Shown: positions 58,780-64,000 of the stretch, in pieces
Position numbering within the stretch: position 1 is the stretch's first letter
Layout of the letters: every line of letters starts with the position of its first letter
From: an uncultured Geminicoccaceae bacterium
GTDB lineage: Bacteria > Pseudomonadota > Alphaproteobacteria > Geminicoccales > Geminicoccaceae
Assembly (NCBI GenBank): GCA_964402505.1
Contig: CAYOCP010000016.1
Span: 27,853-91,852, forward strand
Direction of reading: 5' to 3'
DNA length: 64,000 bases
Position numbers and translations under genes: made by a program
The notes under the pieces: model-generated
Database searches by the model: none
The model's input: only the letters and a program-made list of their open reading frames with translations
What the model was told of the DNA's origin: nothing

Positions 58780-60390
58780 TCAGCGAAGTCGGGCGGCGAC
58801 CAGATCCGCCGCCTTCTCGCCGATCATGATGCAGGTGGCGTTCGTGTTGCCGGAGATCATGGTGGGCATGATCGAGGCATCGGCGACCGAGAGCCCCTCG
58901 ATGCCGCGCACCCGAAGCTCGGGGTCGACCACGGCACTCGCGTCCGTGCCCATCCGGCACGTCGAGACCGGATGATACTGGGTCGAGCCCACCCGCCGGG
59001 CCACATCGAGCAGCTCCGCGTCCGTTTGCGGGCCATCGTCGGGCAGGTACGCCTCGGGCCGGAAGCGCGCCAGGGCGGGCTGGGCCATGATCCTGCGGAC
59101 GATGCGCATGCCCCTCACCACCACCGCCCGATCGGTTTCGTGATCGAGGTAATTGGCCAGCATGGCCGGCGGGTCCGTAGGCTTCGGACCCTTCAGCCAG
59201 AGTCTTCCCCGGCTCAGCGGGCGAAGCTGCGAGACGATGGGCGAGCAGCCCGGAAAATCGTGCAGATGCGCGGGACGATCGCCCGAGAGAGGGTTGAAGT
59301 GCAGCTGCAGGTCGGGCAGGTCGAGGGCCGCATCGCTTCTGATGAAGCCGCCGCAGAAGGAGGGTCCCGCCGCCAGGGCACCCTTGCGCAGAAAGGCGTA
59401 GCGGAGCGCTTCCCGCGCCTGCAGGAGGGGGCTGCGCATCACCTCGTTCAGCGTCTCCACGCCGTGCACGCGAAAGATCAGCTTGACCTGCAGGTGGTCC
59501 TGCAGCCCCTCCCCGACCCCCGGAAGGTCGAGCAGGGGGTCGATGCCGAGCTCTTGCAGATCAGATGCCCTGCCGATGCCGCTCAGCATCAGGAGCTGCG
59601 GCGACTTGATCGCACCCGCCGAGAGCACGACGTGGCCGGCCCGAACGATGCCGTCGGCGAGCACCACGCCGGCCGCCCGGCCGTTCTCGATCAGCACGCG
59701 ATGCACCAGGGCGCGCGTGCGGATCTCGAGGTTGGCTCGGCCCTTGACCGGCGCCAGGTAGCCCTTGGCGGTGCTGCAGCGGCGGCCGTTTCTGGCGGTG
59801 AGCTGGTAGTAGCCGACGCCCTCCTGGTTGGCACCGTTGAAATCGTCGGTGCGCGGAAAGCCGGCCTCCGTGGCCGCCTCGATGAAGGCGTCGGAGAGCG
59901 GGTGCGGAGCGCGGGCATCGCTCACCCCGAGCGGCCCGCCCGCGCCGTGATAGGCGTCCGCGCCCCGCTCCTGGTCCTCCGCCCGGCGGAAATAGGGCAG
60001 CACGTCGGCGTAGGACCAGCCCACATTGCCGAGCTGCCGCCACATCTCGAAATCGGCCGCCTGGCCGCGCACGTAGAGCATGGCGTTGAGCGAGGAGGAG
60101 CCGCCGAGCACGCGGCCGCGCGGCCAGATCTGGCTTCTGCCCGAAAGCCCCGGCTCGATCTCGGTCTCGAAGTTCCAGCTCAGGTCCTCGTGCCAGATGG
60201 TCTTGAAGTAGCCGCCCGGGATGTGGATCCAGGGGTTCCAGTCCCTGCCGCCCGCCTCCAGCAGCAGCACCCGCCGCCTCGGATCGGCGGAGAGGCGGTT
60301 GGCGAGGACGCAGCCCGCCGAGCCGGCGCCCACGATGACGACATCGAAGACGGGCTCGCCCTCCGCCGCCACCCCCGCCTCAGCGCGCAT
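58780..60390 (-). CDS. GMC-family FAD oxidoreductase (choline-dehydrogenase-like)
   Basis: FDVVIVGAGSAGCVLANRLS, GGSSSLNAMLYVRG and a C-terminal ...HPVSTCRMG...VADASIMP; 536 aa. Confidence 0.9.
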   Translation of the reverse strand: MRAEAGVAAEGEPVFDVVIVGAGSAGCVLANRLSADPRRRVLLLEAGGRDWNPWIHIPGGYFKTIWHEDLSWNFETEIEPGLSGRSQIWPRGRVLGGSSSLNAMLYVRGQAADFEMWRQLGNVGWSYADVLPYFRRAEDQERGADAYHGAGGPLGVSDARAPHPLSDAFIEAATEAGFPRTDDFNGANQEGVGYYQLTARNGRRCSTAKGYLAPVKGRANLEIRTRALVHRVLIENGRAAGVVLADGIVRAGHVVLSAGAIKSPQLLMLSGIGRASDLQELGIDPLLDLPGVGEGLQDHLQVKLIFRVHGVETLNEVMRSPLLQAREALRYAFLRKGALAAGPSFCGGFIRSDAALDLPDLQLHFNPLSGDRPAHLHDFPGCSPIVSQLRPLSRGRLWLKGPKPTDPPAMLANYLDHETDRAVVVRGMRIVRRIMAQPALARFRPEAYLPDDGPQTDAELLDVARRVGSTQYHPVSTCRMGTDASAVVDPELRVRGIEGLSVADASIMPTMISGNTNATCIMIGEKAADLVAARLR

Positions 60391-61831
60391 CCGCCATCCA
60401 GTCGCGCGTCAGGTAGTTGCTCTCGATCAGCCAGTCGCGAAGCACCGCCAGCAACTCCTCGCGAATGGCCGCACGACCCGGGTCGTCCCAGAGATTTCGG
60501 ACCTCGCCCGGATCCGCCTCGAGGTCGAAGAGCTGGCCGAACGAGGCGCCCTTGAAATGGACGAGCTTGTGCCGCCGGTCGCGGACCATGGTGATGAACT
60601 CCGAGCCCGTGAGGTTGGTGTCGCCCGCCTGCTCGCAGAAGACATGGCTGCGCGCCTGCCAGTCCCGCCCCTCGAGCGCCGGCAGGAGCGAGCGCGCCTC
60701 GAAGCTCTCCGGCACGGCACAACCGGCGAGCTCCAGAATGGTGGGTCCGAGATCGAAGAGCTGGCAGAGCCCCTCCACCCTCCGGCCGGCCTCGAACCGG
60801 CCGGGCGACCAGGCGACGAGCGGCGTGCGGGTGACGCAGTCGTACATCGACCACTTCTGGATCATGCCATGGTCGCCCATGCAGTCGCCGTGATCGGAGG
60901 CGAAGAAGACGACGGCGTTCTCGAGATAGCCCTGGCGATCGAGCGCCTCGAGCAGGGCCTCGATGCCGTCGTCGATCATCGTCACATTGGCACCGTAATG
61001 GGCCCAGAGGCGATGGAGCTGCTCCTCGGTCGGGTTCAGGCTCCAGGCGACCGAATCGTGGTCGACCTCGGCGTCGTGCCGGCGCTTCTCCTTGAAGGGC
61101 GGCGGCAGCGCATCGAGCTCGCCGGCACTCGGCCTCGGGATCGGAATGTCGTTGCGCCGAAGATAGGGCTCCGCATAGCGGCGGGTCGGATCGTAGGGCG
61201 GATGGGGCCCGGGAAAGCCCACCTGGAGGAAGAGCGGCTCGGTCACCGGATAGGTCTCGACCCACCATTTCGCCATGTTGCCGACGAAGACGTCGGAATG
61301 AAGGTGCTCCGGCAGCTCCCATTCGAAGGCGCCGAGGCGCTCCTTGTAGTCGCCGCGCTTGCGGTACTCGACCCGTTGCTGCTTCTTCAGCCCGTGCGCC
61401 GCGAGAGCCTTGTCCCACTCGTCGAAATACCAGCGACCCTCCATGTAGCGGTCCTTGTTCTCGACCACGTAGCGCTCGTGGAAACCGGCCGGCGCGTTGT
61501 AGGGAATGGTGTGCATCTTGCCGATATTGACGCAGCGATAGCCGGCATCGGCGAGCTTCTCCACCCAGGTTCGGGCCCAGGGCTGGCCGTTCCGCAGGAC
61601 ACCCGTGGTGTGCGGGAAGTAGCCCTTGAACAGGCTCGCCCGGCAGGGCACGCAGGAGGCGGCGGTGATGTGGCAGTCGGTGAAGACCTGCCCCTCGCCG
61701 ATCAGCCGGTCGAGCGTCGGCGTCCGCACCCATGAAGCGCCCAAGGCATTGATCGTATCGAAGCGCTGCTGATCGGTCATGATCAGGATGATGTTGGGCC
61801 GCCCGCCGGCTGCCTGCTCTCGGGCCGTCAT
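60380..61831 (-). CDS. Sulfatase-family hydrolase (formylglycine type)
   Basis: NIILIMTDQQR, formylglycine motif C-V-P-C-R (AASCVPCRASL), ...FASDHGD.... ATG 61831 lies 8 nt after GAGG. The tracked ORF extends to ATG 61888 through a 15-nt tandem repeat and has no RBS there. Confidence 0.85.
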   Translation of the reverse strand: MTAREQAAGGRPNIILIMTDQQRFDTINALGASWVRTPTLDRLIGEGQVFTDCHITAASCVPCRASLFKGYFPHTTGVLRNGQPWARTWVEKLADAGYRCVNIGKMHTIPYNAPAGFHERYVVENKDRYMEGRWYFDEWDKALAAHGLKKQQRVEYRKRGDYKERLGAFEWELPEHLHSDVFVGNMAKWWVETYPVTEPLFLQVGFPGPHPPYDPTRRYAEPYLRRNDIPIPRPSAGELDALPPPFKEKRRHDAEVDHDSVAWSLNPTEEQLHRLWAHYGANVTMIDDGIEALLEALDRQGYLENAVVFFASDHGDCMGDHGMIQKWSMYDCVTRTPLVAWSPGRFEAGRRVEGLCQLFDLGPTILELAGCAVPESFEARSLLPALEGRDWQARSHVFCEQAGDTNLTGSEFITMVRDRRHKLVHFKGASFGQLFDLEADPGEVRNLWDDPGRAAIREELLAVLRDWLIESNYLTRDWMADAR

Positions 61832-61839
61832 GTCGTGGG

Positions 61840-61884
61840 CCTCATGGATAAGAGCCTCATGGATAAAAGCCTCATGGATAAGAG
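61840..61884 (-). repeat. 15-nt tandem repeat x3 in the sulfatase leader
   Basis: On the plus strand: CCTCATGGATAAGAG / CCTCATGGATAAAAG / CCTCATGGATAAGAG (61840-54, 61855-69, 61870-84). Each minus-strand copy carries ATGAGG, i.e. an ATG plus a GAGG. Confidence 0.9.
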
Positions 61885-61925
61885 CCATGGGTAGCGTGCC
61901 TGATGGTGCTCTTCGGACCGGCCCT

Positions 61926-63023
61926 TCATTTCGCCGTCTCCTCGATCATGGTGGATCGACCCGCGCGCCGGCAGGATGCCGGCTGTCGGGCCGTGCTGGC
62001 CCGCACGACCAGCTCGGGCTCGAAGAGCCGTTCTTTCGGTGCTGCCCCTTCGATGCGGGCGAGGATGACCGCCGCCGCGGCCCGGCCGAGCTCGGCGCGT
62101 GGCGGACGGAGCGTGGTCAGGGACGGGGTGACGCAGCCGGCGGCCTCGTTGTCGCCGAAGCCGATCACGCCGATCTCGTCCGGCACCGCACGGCCGAGAC
62201 GGGCGAGGCCGCGCAGGGCGCCCATGGCGATGACGTCGCCGTTGCAGGCGATACCGTCGATGTCCGGACGTTCACCGATCAGCCGCCGGACCAGCGCCTC
62301 GCCGAGATCGGCGCTGCCGCCGTCGGCCGCGGTGACGATGTGGGGCTCGCACGCCCGCTCCCGAAGGGCGCGGCGAAAGCCGTCGAGCCGGCGCTGCGCC
62401 CGGTAGTCGTGGCGGCGCACGCAGCCGATGAAGGCGAGCCGCCGGCAGCCCCGCTCGAGGAGGTGCAACGCCTGGCGCCGGCCGATCGCCCCGTGGTCCA
62501 TGCCGACCGCGGAATCGATGCGGCTCGCTCCCGCCTCCCACATCTCGACGACCGGCAGGCCGGCGGCGCGCAGGAGCGCGGCCGCGCGCGGATGATGATC
62601 CGTGCCGACCAGGGCGATGGCCGCCGGCCGCCAGCTCAAAAGGGCGCGGACCAGTCGCAGCTCCTCGTCGAGATCGTAATGGCCGTTGCCGATCATGACG
62701 CTGAGCCCGGCGCGGCCGAGATCGTCCTGGAGCGCGTCGATCATCGCCGCGTACTCGGAATAGAAGAGCGAGGTGACGACGACGCCGACCACCCTGTTGC
62801 GCGCTCCGGCGAGGCCGCCGGCGAGCTGGTTGGGCACGTAGTCGAGCTCGTCGAGCACCGCCTCGATATGCCGGCGCAGCTCGGGCCGCACCGTCTGCGG
62901 CGCGCGGATCGCGCGCGATACGGTGTTGATCGAGACCCCCGCCCGGAGCGCCACGTCCTTGAGCCGCACCGTCCGCCGCGCCAACGCCGGTGCGCCGACA
63001 GGTTCCGGAACGGCGTCGGCCAA
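61926..63023 (-). CDS. LacI/GalR-family transcriptional regulator
   Basis: HTH VRLKDVALRAGVSINTVSRAIR and a periplasmic-binding-like effector domain. The start is uncertain: TTG 63023 lies 9 nt after GGAGG, and the tracked TTG 63050, 62984 and 62969 are alternatives. Confidence 0.85.
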   Translation of the reverse strand: MADAVPEPVGAPALARRTVRLKDVALRAGVSINTVSRAIRAPQTVRPELRRHIEAVLDELDYVPNQLAGGLAGARNRVVGVVVTSLFYSEYAAMIDALQDDLGRAGLSVMIGNGHYDLDEELRLVRALLSWRPAAIALVGTDHHPRAAALLRAAGLPVVEMWEAGASRIDSAVGMDHGAIGRRQALHLLERGCRRLAFIGCVRRHDYRAQRRLDGFRRALRERACEPHIVTAADGGSADLGEALVRRLIGERPDIDGIACNGDVIAMGALRGLARLGRAVPDEIGVIGFGDNEAAGCVTPSLTTLRPPRAELGRAAAAVILARIEGAAPKERLFEPELVVRASTARQPASCRRAGRSTMIEETAK

Positions 63024-63069
63024 GACCACTCTCCTCCCCGGTTGCGCCAACAGGGCAACGATCCCGAAA

Positions 63070-63090
63070 TGAGCGTTGCGTTAGCGCTCA
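63070..63090. promoter_or_regulatory. Candidate LacI-type operator
   Basis: Inverted repeat TGAGCG-N9-CGCTCA, with an internal AGCGCT centre, in the lacI / SBP divergent intergenic region. Confidence 0.35.
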
Positions 63091-63184
63091 CTTTTGTTAC
63101 CCTGCACCAGGATGAGCGGTCGAGGCAAGCGGAACGTCAACGCGGCGCCGACGGAAGACGGCGCTCAACTCGGGGAGGCTCCTG

Positions 63185-64000
63185 ATGGATTTGGACAGAA
63201 AGAACCGGCCGAGCGGCGCTCGCGCCACGCTCGGCGCGGCCCGTCTGCACCGGCGCCGGCTCCTGCAGGGTGCCCTCGCCGGCTCGGCGGCCCTGGCGGT
63301 CGGCCTCAGGGCGCCGGCGGTGCTCGGCCAGGCCAAGCCCTTCGCCGGCGTGACCCTGCAGGGCGCCTCCTTCGCCAGCACCTTCTTCGGCTATCTCGAG
63401 AACTACATCCCGGAATTCGAGGAAGCGACGGGGATGAAGGTCAACTTCGTCACCAACGCCTTCCCTGTCTTCAACCAGCGCACCGACCTCGAGCTCTCGA
63501 CCAAGGGCAGCGCCCTCGACGTCATCAACGTCACCTTCATCTATTCCGGCCGCTGGATCGGCGCCGGCTGGGTCGAGAACCTGAAGCCTTTCGTCGAGGA
63601 TCCCAACCTCACACCCGACGACTGGGCACCCGAGGATTTCGTCGGCGGCACCATGGCCTCGCTCTCGGACGCCAACGGCGATCCGCACGGGTTCCCCTGG
63701 GAGGCCGGGGCCATGATCCTCGGTGCCTCGCGTGCCGACCTGCTCGACCAGAAGGGGCTCTCGCTGCCGACCACCTTCGACGAGCTGATGAACGTCTGCG
63801 AGATGACCAAGGGCATGGAGCGGGTGGCGCCCTTCACCGCCGACAAGCTGCACCACTGGAACTGGATTCCGTATCTCATGGGCTTCGGCGGGCACGTGTT
63901 CAAGGACCCGCCGAGCAACCTCACGCCGACCTGGGACACGCCCGAGGCGGCCGAGGCCGCCGACTATTACGGCCGGCTGCTGAGCGAGTACGGGCCCCCC
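63185..64000 (+). CDS. ABC transporter substrate-binding protein (family 1), 3' end outside the window
   Basis: ATG 63185 follows GGGGAGG. Tat-type signal RLHRRRLLQGALAGSAALAV, then an SBP_bac_1-like sequence (VTLQGASFASTFFGYL...). Not in the ORF track because there is no stop in the window. Confidence 0.8.
   Translation, partial: MDLDRKNRPSGARATLGAARLHRRRLLQGALAGSAALAVGLRAPAVLGQAKPFAGVTLQGASFASTFFGYLENYIPEFEEATGMKVNFVTNAFPVFNQRTDLELSTKGSALDVINVTFIYSGRWIGAGWVENLKPFVEDPNLTPDDWAPEDFVGGTMASLSDANGDPHGFPWEAGAMILGASRADLLDQKGLSLPTTFDELMNVCEMTKGMERVAPFTADKLHHWNWIPYLMGFGGHVFKDPPSNLTPTWDTPEAAEAADYYGRLLSEYGPP

Noticed and set aside
61840-61884. The tandem repeat as a miniature CRISPR array
   Set aside because: The units are directly abutting 15-mers with no spacers, there are only three copies, and no cas genes are present. 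It is a simple tandem repeat.
57991-61888. A betICBA-type choline-O-sulfate to glycine betaine operon
   Set aside because: A sulfatase and a GMC choline-dehydrogenase-like enzyme are adjacent, but no betaine-aldehyde dehydrogenase (betB) or TetR-type BetI is present. The regulator is LacI-type, and the sulfatase N-terminal region does not look like the BetC sequences I remember. It is kept only as a looser hypothesis.

Overview
High-GC, alphaproteobacterial-type chromosomal segment. No rRNA, tRNA or CRISPR array was seen by eye, and many long ORFs in the track are antisense shadow ORFs typical of high-GC DNA.

- 1-29 kb is conserved housekeeping synteny, almost all on the minus strand: hflX-hfq, a class IV aminotransferase, trkA, ntrX-ntrY-ntrC-ntrB, divergent ispDF-pncC, a ratA-like gene, lipA, lpdA, pdhC-pdhB-pdhA, ftsB, eno, kdsA, pyrG, secG and tpiA. 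A ppiD-like gene and trpE follow on the plus strand. A Phd/PIN toxin-antitoxin pair is wedged between lpdA and pdhC.
- About 29.0-32.9 kb, directly after trpE, is a small accessory islet. It holds an internally deleted IS5-family transposase remnant, an AT-rich spacer, higBA (toxin frame-shifted at codon 3), a cytochrome c tail fragment, OsmC, a glycine-zipper lipoprotein, a GFA-family protein and hicAB.
- 32.8-35.8 kb is a tightly packed minus-strand string: an eRF1-like (baeRF-type) protein, an FMN alpha-hydroxyacid oxidase and an RraA-like protein.
- 35.9-55.4 kb is the most interesting part, a sugar-acid catabolic locus headed by a GntR-family regulator gene. It encodes a 639-aa uncharacterised protein and an RbsB-type ABC importer. 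After a 3-gene insert comes a translationally coupled operon: two Gfo/Idh/MocA oxidoreductases, a form-IV RuBisCO-like protein, a DUF1537 acid-sugar kinase, a Rossmann oxidoreductase and an HpcH/HpaI aldolase. A D-2-hydroxyacid dehydrogenase and a second ABC importer without an ATPase follow closely on the same strand. An identical 15-mer containing an extended -10 (TGGTATAAT) precedes both halves.
- The right end holds an HWE hybrid histidine kinase with an apparent N-terminal frameshift and an IS3 orfA remnant. It also has a lacI-sulfatase-GMC oxidoreductase-SDR gene string with a 15-nt x3 tandem repeat and a possible uORF in the sulfatase leader. A partial ABC substrate-binding gene ends the window.
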